From the NCBI GenBank assembly GCA_965285935.1, contig OZ260664.1, positions 69,502,001 to 69,566,000 on the forward strand: DNA of 64,000 bases, in the 5' to 3' direction. The position numbers were made by a program, and so were the translations under genes. Below, one piece after another: positions 39,601-52,400 of the stretch. How positions within the stretch are numbered: the stretch's first letter is position 1; each line of letters begins with the position of its first letter. This DNA comes from Ophelia neglecta. Its lineage: Eukaryota. Below the pieces are notes generated by a model. It searched no databases. It was not told the DNA's origin and saw only the letters and a program-made list of their open reading frames with translations.

Positions 39601-39829
39601 TCTGCCTGTGCCTTCGTTCAGTAATATTTCTCTACTGAAAGAACCGTGCCAAATACAGGTTCGTTTCTGATAGACCTTAGAGGGTAAATAGCAGAGTTTT
39701 TAATGGAGATACTGTGGAAGTGTTCCTTCAATTTATCACGCGATATAAGTTATTACTTTACACAATGCATTTGGTTCATATAGTCACTTGTATGGCCTGA
39801 TATCGTGATTCTAGGAGCTGGTTCCATCG

Positions 39830-40340
39830 GGTGCTCAAAAGCCTTGGTTGCATAACACTAAAGTCGATATCGCTCTTGTTACACGCAAAAATCTCAGGCC
39901 ATTTTTCGGTTGATCAAGACACCATGCAAGGTGATTTAGATGTATTAAAGAGCAGCAGTACAGACACGCACAAGTAACCTGACTACTTTGGCGGATTCAT
40001 ATAAGCAATTACAAGGAAACCGATTCAAACGAAAGAGACTGATAAAGAACTAGGACGGCTTATATACAATTAGCTACCCACACTATTTACCAATTTGTTT
40101 GGAATTATTGTTTGCTGCTAGACGTGAGAGGCAGATTTAAGATGTACTTCAGCTGCGCTTTAAGTGTCCGTTTTTTCTTTACTGGCAAAGATGAAATTGG
40201 CCTAGTTAAGTTTCGGGACTCACATGCTCTCGCATTCTGGCACAAACATTGTTTAAAGCATGATGGAGATGTGTTGATGTATATCTTCCTTAAACTTAGT
40301 CCATTAGAATCAACCAGAGCAAAGGTCAGTCGAACACACC
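39830..40340 (-). mobile_element. L2/Crack RT N-terminal relic
   Basis: SLRKIYINTSPSCFK...NLTRPISSLPVKK...QLKYIL...SSKQ matches IINTS..FP..WK...NYRPISLLPV.K...QL..YL....Q; TKAFE lies downstream (~39835-39850). Confidence 0.55.
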
Positions 40341-41246
40341 TGTAATCAGAATAAAACGTGCCCCCACCCCCGACCCAGGACGGGGAGGAAGGACAATTCC
40401 ACCCCTTCCTCTCTCCCCAGACCTGGGGATATATTCAAGTATGTAAATGGTTTTGCGATCAGAACTTGTGCAGTATTAAAAACGGAAGTATTAATGAAAG
40501 AAGACATATAAAAAGCGGCAGAACCCGGTTGAGAAAGCCAGCAAAGTATAATCTCACTTGAAGTCGAGCCATGTCAGGATACAGGTGTCTTGGTGAAGTG
40601 TGTATGGTGGCTATCGAAAGAGCGACTGGTGCCGGAGGGAAAAGGGAAGACTAGTGCTCAATTCACAGTTTTTACCCGCACACGGTTGTCAACCGACTTT
40701 CGGTGTCAATTGTAGTTTAATGTCCCGACAGTAGGCCTATCATGCGCATTATGATAATTTGCGCTTAAGGTTTAGTTAGGTGTATTGATATTCCTTCTCT
40801 CCAATACCATGAATGTTTCATGCACAGAATCACTGTTTCAAAGGGTGTCATGAAGCAGGACGAGCCCGTCTACTTTCGATAAATGATAACAATGGTCAGC
40901 GAGGATTCTCTTTTACTTCCTTAACTATGAAGCCTATACTACTCCTGTGCTTGCCCTCGTTATTGGATAATTTTATGATCAACTACAGTCGTAAACAATC
41001 TTGTTAAATTATATTCTTCCGCCTTATTAAACGAGCGAGGTTTGGTCATTCTGTGATACGTTGTATATTAGCGGTGGAGGCTTAATTCTCGCTGATTTGC
41101 AAAATAATTTGCAATACAAAAAAGGGCAGGATCACCGTGTGATAAATGCCAATAGGTTTCGTAGTCAGAGCACGACAGGATCGAGCCAGTGGTCAGTGTA
41201 GGACAGAGAGGAAATACGCCACAGAGAAATTAATCAACTCTTAGAC

Positions 41247-41425
41247 TTCAGTGAAATCTGAAAATTAAGGTCACCAAAGGACTACAGAATACTTGTCTGA
41301 TTTTGGAGATGGTCTGTCTAGACAGGCTATTAAACATTGAATACAGCTACATCCTCATATTGGTGGTCTGAATTGACAGGTGGTCTGATTATAGAGGTGG
41401 TCTTTAAGGTTGGTTTCTGTCTGTA
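41247..41425. mobile_element. Tc1/pogo-type MITE
   Basis: Left CAGTGAAATCTG...AAGGTCACC; right GACAGGTGGTCT...AGAGGTGGTCTTTAAGGTTGGTTT...CTGTA, with the repeated GGTGGTCT subterminal motif and CAG..CTG/TA ends. Confidence 0.7.
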
Positions 41426-42149
41426 TTTGTGACAGACAGTTGGGGCGATACACGACCATTGAATGAAGACATCGATATGATATGATGACATGTACTAAAC
41501 GTGTCATAGTTACGACTAATCTTGTTGCTTTTTTTTGTTAGGTTTTGCGTAAAATCCAAACACCTCAATGAGATGGTTTCTTGGCACTTATGATCATATC
41601 AATTAGTTTTACAAAGAATACAAAGAACATGTGTAAATATATATACATGTAGATAGCTCCAACCAACAGCAGTTATCCTGCTCTATTTGCCCACACCCAA
41701 GTTTATCTATATGACAAAAGTTGGCACCAGACGTATGATTAGCATAGGGCGATGACACTATGTTATCATGCAGACTGTTAGCATCAGTCCTGAATATAAA
41801 ATTGCGTAAAAAAGAGGATTGTGGTGTTTGCTCGCATCACATGAAGATGAACTCGGTGGAAGGGCCAGATGACATGATTACAAAGTGTGACTGATCTTAT
41901 GAAGTCGCAGCATTTTTTCGTTCCAAATGGAGGTTTTCAAGGCTGAAATTAATAGTCATTTCATACAAGGAGGATGTTAGGTTGCTTGTCCCCAATCGCG
42001 AAGGATCAATATCATCCTGAAATATATATCCAGAAGCCCGGACAAGATCTTAAACATATACATTTAAATCGATTGGAAACAGGCCGACAGAAATGTATCT
42101 TGCATTTGCACCTTGCCAGAGAAACCTTATCCTTTGTTTAACGGCGCTA

Positions 42150-42443
42150 GCAGTATATCAATATAAAACGCATGTGCATTTCGCTCGCCGGGTTGCTCGT
42201 TTTTTTCGAGTCAACACTTCGGGGTAACCAACTGCATGCTTTCGAACATAAGATGCTGAACACACATATCAAAATGTGTAAAAACACGTAATGCTGCCGC
42301 GTTACAAAGACAACAAGAGAACTCTCTTGGCATATTTTTGCTATCCTACATGCAAGCCACACCGGGTCATGTACGTTGTCTTCCACTGCATTCTTCTCAA
42401 ACATCGACTTTTCTAGAAGTTATATGTTTAGTCTGCTGTTTTC
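42150..42443 (-). mobile_element. RTE-clade ORF2 C-terminal relic
   Basis: RKVDV/FE..C...W, SSL...TRQH..FLHI, SWLP...KKTSNP resemble the RTE tail KIDAFE.KC.R...W...GH...W.P....RGRP. Confidence 0.4.
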
Positions 42444-45400
42444 TATAAGTGATCTACAAAGAAACACAGAAGACCAATTAACAATGCCAAGCACCAAACT
42501 GATTGTAAATTAGGTTATTGTCATCCTGGAAACAGGCAGTCAAAATCTAATGAAAGTCAATCAAAAGGCCCATTGCAATTAACACAATTAATATATTTAT
42601 CGCCAGTAATTGATGTCTTAACCCGTCAACATGCAGGTTACCATGCACATATTTCGCACTGTGTCTCCAGAAATTTTCCTCGCAATAGGGCCGCGGAAAT
42701 GCCGATGTTAGTTTTATCATTTCATTTACAAATGTTTTATCAAAAGGTGAACCTTCAGTTAACCGAAGGCGACAGTAACGCTGTTAACTCACAATCTTCT
42801 GATGTGGCTGACGACTCGTACTTGTATAAGTCAACCCTTCTGCACCCCCCCCCCTCCCATTACACCCCTTATTCGCCTAGCATAAACCTATCCCCATAGG
42901 TTCTATTCAATATAATATGTATTATGTACAGTCGTGTTAACAGGCTTGTCACCTGTAAGAAGACTTAAACCAATATCCGTTTGTTGTTTTTTTGTTTTTG
43001 TCGTTTTTTTAATTTGCCTATTTATTGAGTGCTTAAACATACTTTTTGCGGGAATTTAAAATAGTTAACATTGCCATCAAAAAGAAACAACATAGTACAC
43101 CCGGGTAGATACGAATCAGACGACATGTGTTGGACCTCTTTAGGTGGCTCTAACCGGCTGTAAAAAAAGAGCATGTATGGGTGAAATATGGTCAACACAC
43201 CGAGTCAAACAAGCAAAGGCGGAAATGAGTACAAAGATTCCTGTTTTGACCTGTCTACGAGAGTGTGCTTCCAATATCCAGGATTAAATACCCAGTCTTT
43301 GCGGCCGTTTGCATAGAATAGGCCCTACACCTGGGCTTTTTGCTTAAATAGAGGCAGGCGGTTTGTACCAGGAATATTGACATTCCAGTGCGAAAAAAGC
43401 AAGAACACATTATCGATGGTCCGGTCTTCCAAATCTAATGGCCAGTACACAGTCTAAATTCCTTTATGAAATAACCCTTTGCCTTTGTGCTTTGTAAACA
43501 CACAGTTGACTGTTCCTTATACATTTGGACCACTTCAATGGACATCTCCTTGATCGCTGATAGGTTTACTGACTGGCACCCACGCCGCTGTTATTTACTT
43601 TAGGGTAAGGAATCAATCAAAGTAACCGTGCTCGTTGCGAAAGCATACTAAAAGTGTGTAAATGCTTACCAAGCTTCCATCTTTCATACACTTGTAAACA
43701 TATAACTTTGATTATGTGTATTGCATCTAAATTGATACAATCAAAGAATTACATTAGACTACATTTGCACTGCATTCCGGATGGATCATACACTATTTGA
43801 TTGGCGTACCAGAGCAAATACCAATGTATGCTTTTCAATACACTGTCCGCTATATTTGTCCAAAGAAAGACCATTTTATCATACAACCATTAAGCAATCG
43901 ATTGATACACTATATAGGCATGACTTTCTTCTTTGCAACTATAGATTGTTAGTAGAGTAATTCTTAATACCAATTTGTATTAACAAATAAGAAAGAAATC
44001 TGATAACAGTCATAATCCGGTAAAAAGATGGTCTCATTTCCCGCCTCATGAATATTTCAAACTGTAGACTGATTTGAACGACTCTGCCACAAGATACATC
44101 TCAAACTGGTTCCAGAACAAAAAGCAACTATCCGAGTGGCCGGGCCTAGAGAATAATCGAACAATATTGCTATAAAATGAAGAAATGTCTTGATATATCG
44201 AATAAGCATTTGTTTTGTAAAATGGACGAACATAAAGTAATAACATGTAAATCGTTACATGTAAACACTGGTGATTTCACTTCCGGACTGTCCAATCTGA
44301 TTCTCATACTAGCTCGGTAGACTGATTGGCCGAGATATCAAACCGCACACTGTATGTTCCCATTTGCTCAATATGTCTTTTTTTGTACGGACTTGTTAGG
44401 ACATATCGATTAGTTTTTTTTTCCATAAACTTATCCAACGACTGTTATAAAGGCAAAGCAACAGCATAAAGATAAAATCACCTGTGTTTGAGAATATTGA
44501 TATGAATAAACGTATGTATGCCTTCCTAATTCGGATGTAAATATTAACTGTTTCTAGTTTATGGTCTACTTAGAATGGCTTAAACTTTCTTATAGATACT
44601 TCACTACTCTGTGCATTTATTAAAGGGAACTATTTTGATATATGAGACTATCAAATTAAACGGGACCTATATGTTTATGAGTAGCCTCTTATGAAATCAC
44701 CAGACCAAGTTTTTAAAAATATATTAAGAATTTGCTGACAGTCGTCAAAACGTGTGTTGCTTCATTTATTAATGATGTTGCCATTTGGAAAATTAGGTCA
44801 CTTGCATTAGGATATTGCCCAAGAGAGTTTGGTGGATTTTGTGGGTGGCGCGGGTTTCTTGGTGCATCAAGGACACAGTCGCTGAGAATCTATATACGTT
44901 TTAACAATTTCTAAACGCACCAGAGGCACTTGTTCTTTAGTAACTTAAGGCTAACCAAACATAACATATGACTTCAAAGCTAATATTGTTAACTTAGCCT
45001 ATTTATAGTTTACCATCACCGTTTTTTGTCCTTAACTGCTCCATCCTGAGGTATCCTTAGTTTCGAGCTGACAACTAAATTTCATCGAATGCACTGCGTT
45101 GCTGTTTTTACATTCATTTTCGTGAACAAACGTTATTAGAAAAAAAATTAACGCATTTAACGAATTAATTATAAAACATCCTTCAATAATTAGTTTGGGC
45201 AGGATGAATTAAACTAGAACGTTAAGATCCCGTTAAGCACAGTACATTTGATATTAACATTTCATCATTAAATGAAATTACTCCTCTCTAAAGGATGTTT
45301 AATTGGTAAACCTAGATGCCAGTCCATTTATAAAACCCTGTACTACTATTGCTATCAACTTGTCATTCCTCTATTGATATATTGAGCGCCACAAAAACAT

Positions 45401-46299
45401 ACTGGTACAAATCAAGCTACCGCGAAATATCATTACTGCTTATTGGAGGAAATAATTCATATTGGCTTGACATATGTACTGGATGTTTCACGTTTTATTT
45501 ACCATTTCCAACCAATCAAATATCGAGGTGGCAACTAGAAGAACAACCGCAAATGGGACTGTTAGATTTACAGGAAGTGGGCTTGGTCAGACACGCAGCC
45601 GGGTGGCATTAGATTAACTCTCGTAAGGCCAGTAATAATTGATAATTGTATGGCACTTCCGAAGTGCTGTAATCTGCCGAACATTACGCACAGAGACTTG
45701 AAAAGCAATTGGAGATGGCGTGAGTTGATAGACAATACCGTGCTGGACGCTCGCACGCAATCAGTTCTGAAACTGCTTAACGTTATTGAAGCTTCGTATT
45801 GAGAAGTTCGTGTTTTTAAGGGAAAATAACATATATATATTTCTTGTTTTCAGGTTTGCTTTCATCATAATATATAAAGAAGGTACATAGCGTGACATAT
45901 TGTATGACCATCTGCGAAAGTCAGTCCATCTCCACACGGGCACGAACATGGTATCATTGAAATTATAATATAAAAAAACACATACACCATACAAACATAC
46001 AGTGCTTCATTAGTTTTACCTATTTGCATACCGAATTTCATATGATGAAGGCATCTTAGGGTAAAAAACTAGATGGTTTCAAATTGTTCAGCCGAATAAT
46101 ATTATTGTAAAGGTCATTTTCGTATATCAAAAAAAAAAAAAAGATTATCAATGATGTATTTTATAACAGACTCCAGACTTATCAACTATTTAAGTCACAC
46201 CCTTGAAATGTCGCAAGATGAAAACTATCAGGAATCTGCCATCTAAAGGCCGCCAGTTTTGACTTATACCTTGTCAATTTATAGCAACTGCTGGACTAT

Positions 46300-46540
46300 G
46301 AACCGGCAAACATACTTTAAGGCATAACCTCTAGGATGTCTAAATGGCTGCAACCAAATTTATCGGTAGATTCGGCAAATATTGACACTCCTATACCCAG
46401 TACTCTGGGCGACTATTTCCAACTGGATCCAGTTCAAATTGGCATAATTTGTGTTTAACCCTCATATGGACTGGCGCTGAAAAACTGGTGAAATTATAAA
46501 GCAAACTTCTCAACATCCTCCTAAGTCCAGTTCGACTTTT
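46300..46540 (+). mobile_element. L2/CR1 RT thumb relic
   Basis: SKWLQPNLSVDSA then FNPHMDWR*KTGEIIKQTSQ, matching W...NxLxLN..K and LxW..H...I.KK. Confidence 0.3.
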
Positions 46541-48289
46541 TCCTAATCGATCTAATGACTTGGCCGGTCACGTGTGTTATCGGACATTTATGTCGGTTTT
46601 GCCTACAGTAAGTAGGAGGTTTTCAAGCCCCACACCATCGCAACAGACAACACAACCTCATGTCGATTGTTTGGGAATAGTCAACGCCACGGCTTAACTG
46701 TTCTCACTGACAGTTTATGTTGGCAGTCGCACCTAATGCCGAGTCGACTGGCACATAATAACACAGTTGCCAGGGGATGACGACAAAATAGAACTATGAA
46801 TCAATGTTCCCAGATGTCTCCAGTTTCCGCATGCAAAGTATACTGTATTTGTTTATTAGATAATGGGAAAGATGTTACTTCGATGAATATCTGTGTGAAT
46901 CTTATTTTGTACAAGCATATTTTTGCATTAAGCATACCAGCAAAAAGTACCATGAATAATTAAATCGTCCATACAAGGTAGTGCCTGCAGACTGCAGTTG
47001 CTGACACGGGAGTACATTGACACGGTTAGAGAATTATTGTGTCTTATGATGGTGTTGTGCACCGATTTAAGCTTCTGCTAATAAACCCTCGAAGCAGGAA
47101 CTGACATTGCTTTCATAATTGAACCACACAATCGATTATTTTATTTTATTAATATAATAAAATAATTAAATTAAATAATTTAATTAAATTTATTATATAT
47201 TCATATTGCTATCTAGGTTTGTATTTGAACTTAATTGATGTCCTCTGAAGGCCAGCCATTAGATAAGACGATGTATTTTACCAGAATTTTATCCAGAATT
47301 TTTTGATTAGAAAACTACGATTTTACCTATTCAGTGTCATCATGATCCCTTCAAAAACACGAAAATAATGTTCCAAATTATTAAGAAAATATGTATTTGC
47401 AATTAATTTATATATTTATCCAGAGTGTTTCATTTATAAAAACTTGCCTGACCACAGCTGCTGACACAATGTTCTACTTTGGTAGCGTATATTTGTAATG
47501 AAACCCGTTGCAATAAAAGCTCATAGGGAAATAGGAAACGGAATTAATTTCAGACAAAATCCACTTTTTAGTCGTTCCAGCGTTCTTTCACTAACCGGAT
47601 TACTTTTGATACTTTTATGATATGCCGTAACACGTAGCAACAAGTGCATACCTTTCTGGGACTCACGAATAATGACATTAAGCCGGATTATATTGCTCTA
47701 AAACGGTGATCACCGTAAGCTCTTTAGTCGAAGTAGATAACCTCCACCTCTTGTAAGGGAATTTCCGGGATCACGGCTACTAGGGGACTGTTCAGGAGCC
47801 TGCAATAAACCACGTCCGTTATTCAAACACGTCGCCCCCATTTATGTCAGTGGCTGAATGTCCATGGGTCTCGAGGAAACCAATGTGCTTCCTGGCAGAA
47901 ATGGCTGTTATATCCCGTGTTTACAAATACATATCACCCTTTGTGAAAGTAAATATGTGCATCCTGAATCATACTATTTTATTTTGTATTACAAGGAATG
48001 AAGGGTTGATTCGAAACGAAAGCAAAAGTAAATATTCATTATAAAATTTAAATTTGAAATAAAGCAGATATGCAGGGCCTAGCTGAGGACAAAAGAAAAC
48101 CACGTCTCTCGATTGATACTTAAAAACATTAACATTTTACCGCCGATGATCTCCTTTTTATATGGTCTAAAACAACCATAGTCGTTTGGATTAAAACAAA
48201 TCAAAAGTTGGCAGTAAGGCCTCATTATTTAGTTACAACTGTTTTGACACAATTGGTATATTTGCGCGTGTGTAGGGAGTGCTGCATAT

Positions 48290-48750
48290 GATATTCATCA
48301 AACATATGCCTGCCAGTCCGACCAACCCCCAAAATGACCGGAGAGATCACCATATTTGTATAGTGTCCCTAAACATCACAATAAAAGATTTAACAGGGCC
48401 TTGCATTGAGTGTACAAAACATGTATAATCTCTTCTCGAATGGAATACAGATCCTGTCCACATCCCAAACCAAGGACAAATCATCAGTCTGTAATATTGA
48501 AAGTAGAAGTTTATACATTTCTCTTGGTGAAAGTCAACATTCTTAGTTATAAAAGCAATATCATTCGTTCGGCATGTTAAATGATGGATTGACCCGAAAC
48601 AACTGTTTCGCAGCAACAGAAAAAACCTTGTTATTGGTTTTTCCAAGCATTCAATAGCCGATATACTGTAGCCAAGCAGGAATGTTATCTCCTTTTATGT
48701 TGGCTGAGAACTCCTCCTTGAAGCATATCTTCGTTGAAAGCTCCTAAATG
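48290..48750 (-). mobile_element. RTE-clade RT relic
   Basis: KGDN...LGK, RTNDIAFI....HQEKCI (cf. RGTxDMIF...LQEKC), FVHSMQGPV and GDLSGHF occur in RT order. Confidence 0.55.
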
Positions 48751-50309
48751 TAATATATCATTGACTGTATCATCATGAGTTATCTAATAGTCGGTGATAT
48801 AAAATCCTGCATCTCGAGGGATACATAGAGGCATACGAGCTGTTTATAGACGGCTTTGCCAACGAGCTAGATGGGTCGACGATAATCGGATTACATGAAC
48901 AATGATCAACAGTGTTATACATGTATAGTTATTAATCATCTGAGGTTGACTATAGGCTTGGAATTCTGAACCTCAGCCAAAACATGAAACATTAAGGTCA
49001 ATCCTGGACCCAGTGGCAGTTCTAGTGACATATAAGTATATACTGTTTTAATAGTATGCTTGTGTGACTCAAGAAACTGTAATTCGAAAAAAAAATTATA
49101 TGAAACATAAAATCTATTAATGTATGCTAATATTTAATTCAGATATGTTTTTCACCTATTTACTTGTTGGTCAATTGGCCCTAATGACTGGTTTCGAATG
49201 CAATACAATAGCAAACTGTTTCATTCAGTAATCCTTTTCACGTAAATTAATATGCTGATGGCAAAGCACTAATCTATTTAATAACTGCATTGAAACCCTG
49301 GTATCAGACTGGTGCTATAAAGAATATCGTGACAATAGTAAAGCCTGGGTTCAAGACAAGAACGCCGAACAGCCACCTATGATGCAAAAGCAACTACATT
49401 TGCACAGCAGTTCGTCTGCAAGGTCCATTGTCTACGACCAAGCCTATCAAACACGCGTTTGAATAATATGGCGCCTTTACTGGCAGCCATGTCGCCCTGC
49501 CGGATAGAGGGTCGAGTAGAGTAACAGTTCATAGCATTAAATCGTGAACAGCAACGAAGAGGAGATAAAACTGAGACGCATTTAATGGTTTCTAATACGG
49601 CGGAATTATGACTCCGACAAAAAAACACTAGTCACTAGAAGTAACAACCCTAACCTTTTGTATCATCTGTCTATACGGTTCAGTAATAGACCGAATGCGA
49701 CTTTTACAAAGCGATGCCTGTTGGTTTATTGTTATGCGCATGAGGATAAAATGAGTTATTAATCTTACCTACTGCCACAGCTACGTTAGTTATTGAATTC
49801 GTAGCAGTATATTTTCTTTAGTAGTTGTCGTCCTGTTTATGATTTGTATGGTGTACCAGATGTTTGCCAACTCATGTGAATGCACAAGCGGTTATTCTGA
49901 ATGTGCTTTAGTAGGCAGAAACTGGTGATAGATAATTAACAAGTCGTCAGCAATTATTCGACGGGTTCCTTATTCGTTCTTTTCGTATTAGCAACACATG
50001 CTTTGTTAAACCGTCCAGCTCAGTTGAACAAGGAGGATCTAAGCCGTTGTATGTAGCAACATCAGACTAGTATCTTCTTGATGATTGAAGGCAAGCTGGT
50101 TATAGGAAGCTGAATTTAGCAAGATTCATTATGTTATAAACCGAAATCCAACAGTGTAATGGTGCGTGATAATATTTACTACAGCTTGGAAGCTGGCCAA
50201 TTTTTTTGCATTATTCGGCCTTCCAAATAAATTGGTAACCTTAGCCCGTGTTCCAACTGATATCACAGATATGTAATGTTGATTTGTGCAATAATATTAA
50301 TGCTTTCGC

Positions 50310-50750
50310 CTAGTAGACCACCCACAACTTGCCCATTCCCATTGGACCGTTTCCGGGAAGTAGTTGCAGCGTAAGATGAATGGAAACGATGCAGCTGCAA
50401 ACGAGATTAATGCGGCATAAGGAGATATTGTGAACCGCTCACATCTGATTTGACTCTTATCAGCCTATGCTTTAATGGTGACGACTAGAGATGAAACTTC
50501 CCGCCACCTGCTTAACACACCGAAAACATAGTTGATATGAGGGCCAACCTTATCTGTATCCATGTGTTGAAGATGCCTATTGCTTTACATTGCCAGACTG
50601 ATAGAAATAACTGCTCCATGAACACCGAAGTGCTTAAGCCCACAGATATGCCAGATAAAGTTAACGTAGTTAGCTGCCTCCAGATGGGGTTGCAGACATT
50701 TTCCGGTTCCAGTAATGTTAGATTACATCATATCGGCGATGTGAGGTCGT
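50310..50750 (-). mobile_element. CR1-type ORF2 C-terminal relic
   Basis: PHLEA....FIW, ISTMF...KHRLI and YFPETV..EW resemble PHLEY...W, SVTxML...RL and FFPRT..EWN. Confidence 0.35.
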
Positions 50751-51789
50751 GCTTTGCTTAACGGTCATATCCATTTCTAACCCATTCCACCTCTCTACAT
50801 CGCAATGGCAACATGCATTATCTGTTGAAGTACTGGCAGGCCGGATCTACTTCTTTAGCCATGGGTGGGCAGCAATCGACAAATGAAGTTATTTATGAGG
50901 AAACAAATGTTCCTCTTCATCCATGTTCACGTACATAAGCAGTAAAGTGTTATTGAATATGTCTGGTAACAGTACACATTGGACAGCCTTTCGTAAAAGA
51001 TAATTTGATATAAAAAGAGCAATTTTTAAATTATCGTATTGTTTTGTTCTTTTTTTAATCAAGAGATTTTCTATTTTACATATAGAGACACATCACTGCC
51101 CCCATACCACATGTTTTTAATGAAGGGTTTGATCATGCCAATGGGATCATGATACAATTGAAATATGAAGGAAAATTGGCAAATTCTAAAGATAAAAGAT
51201 ACCGTTTCAGCGTCAATTAATAAGAAATTCAAAAAGAACTTTTTCTTTAGATGTTTTAAACATGTGTAGTAATTTTGCTGAAGTATAAGTGAAGTCACGA
51301 ACTACAGAAAAAACGGAAGTGTACACCCATCAGTCAAAGAAATTTCACTAATCCAGAATAGTTCATTAATCAGCCTTTACTTACCTACGGTGTCTGATTA
51401 TTAGATTAGCAGCTGTACAGTAAACACCGACTTTTCCCGGTTTGGTTATAAAATATAAAATGAGGCCAGGAGAGCGCAATGTGTAGCTTTGTACCCACAC
51501 CGTTTTGAAGATTTACTGATAATAAAGTTCTCATTAATAAAATGGTGTCAGATATTTATTTGTCTTGAAATAATATAATAAACAATTTCGATCACCGTCG
51601 CATGCTTTAGAAAAATAAATCTTACACTATCAGAGTAGAAATAGGTTAACTGGTTGTAAGTTCTAAATAAATTGATCGAAGTCCGCGTCGGGCCAATATC
51701 ACTTGCCAAGCAAGTAACTAGGGAATGCGTCGCCCGTGACTGTGTCTTCAGAAGAAAGGCTCAGCCTGTGACACAGTCAACCATGACAT

Positions 51790-51900
51790 TCTCTGTCAAC
51801 GCTTGGAATTGATGATTACTCTCACTGGTCCAAGCCTTGTTACCATTGGGTGTTCCACAAGGATTGCTCCTCGGCCTACTTCTGTTTTCCATATTAATCG
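51790..51900 (+). mobile_element. CR1/L2 RT motif fragment
   Basis: LGVPQGLLLGLLLFSILI from 51846 corresponds to GVPQGSxLGPLLFxIYIN. Confidence 0.7.
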
Positions 51901-51989
51901 TTCCTATTTGATTTGTTCAATGTGACAAGGCAACAAATAAAGTTGCATTTATTTGCAAAACTTATCATTGCACTGCTGTGTCTGAGGAA

Positions 51990-52400
51990 TTGCATCTTTC
52001 CTTTACAAATAACCTTTGTAATGGCATATGTGGATATATTCAAATAGCAATTCAGAATAGTTTTTCAAATAATCATATGTTTCTTGCAACCAACAATATT
52101 ATGGCTTCTGATCTTAGTCTTCCTAGAATATACCAATCAAAAACCTGCACTCTAGTCCATATACTGAAGAGATTTATACCAGGGTCTGAAGATTGCACTG
52201 ACAAAGATATTTCAACCATTGCCCTCGAGAAAGCTGTGAGCCTGTTAAGGAATACTGGGAATGGTATTGTGATCTATTCCTTCGATACACACACATCTAA
52301 CGTTAGGCGATTCTAACTCACAAAGTTCTCGGCCAATTTTTGAATACCACGTAATTTACGCTGGATTTGAATCCAATAACATCTATTTTTCTCGCCAAAT
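51990..52400 (-). mobile_element. Possible P-element/THAP9-like transposase C-terminal relic
   Basis: YVV.K...RCVCIEG ... GCKKHMII*KTILNCYLNI..Y..TK resembles the GYV..K..CxxC ... CxxH...I...YL..R tail of P-type transposases; a 112-aa in-register antisense ORF lies on the + strand. Confidence 0.35.

Noticed and set aside
40107-40340. Exon with AG/GT sites or a SOCS-box-like peptide
   Set aside because: It contains the RT motif NxxRPISxLPV, so it is a LINE relic.
42147-42443. First coding exon with a strong acceptor and hydrophobic stretch
   Set aside because: The peptide follows the RTE ORF2 C-terminal pattern.
44041-44130. YISNWFQNKK looks like homeodomain helix 3 (WFQN)
   Set aside because: There is an upstream in-frame stop and no helix 1/2 pattern; FKL...RYISNWFQNKKQ fits the LINE RT segment KL...RWIxNWLxxRKQ at least as well.
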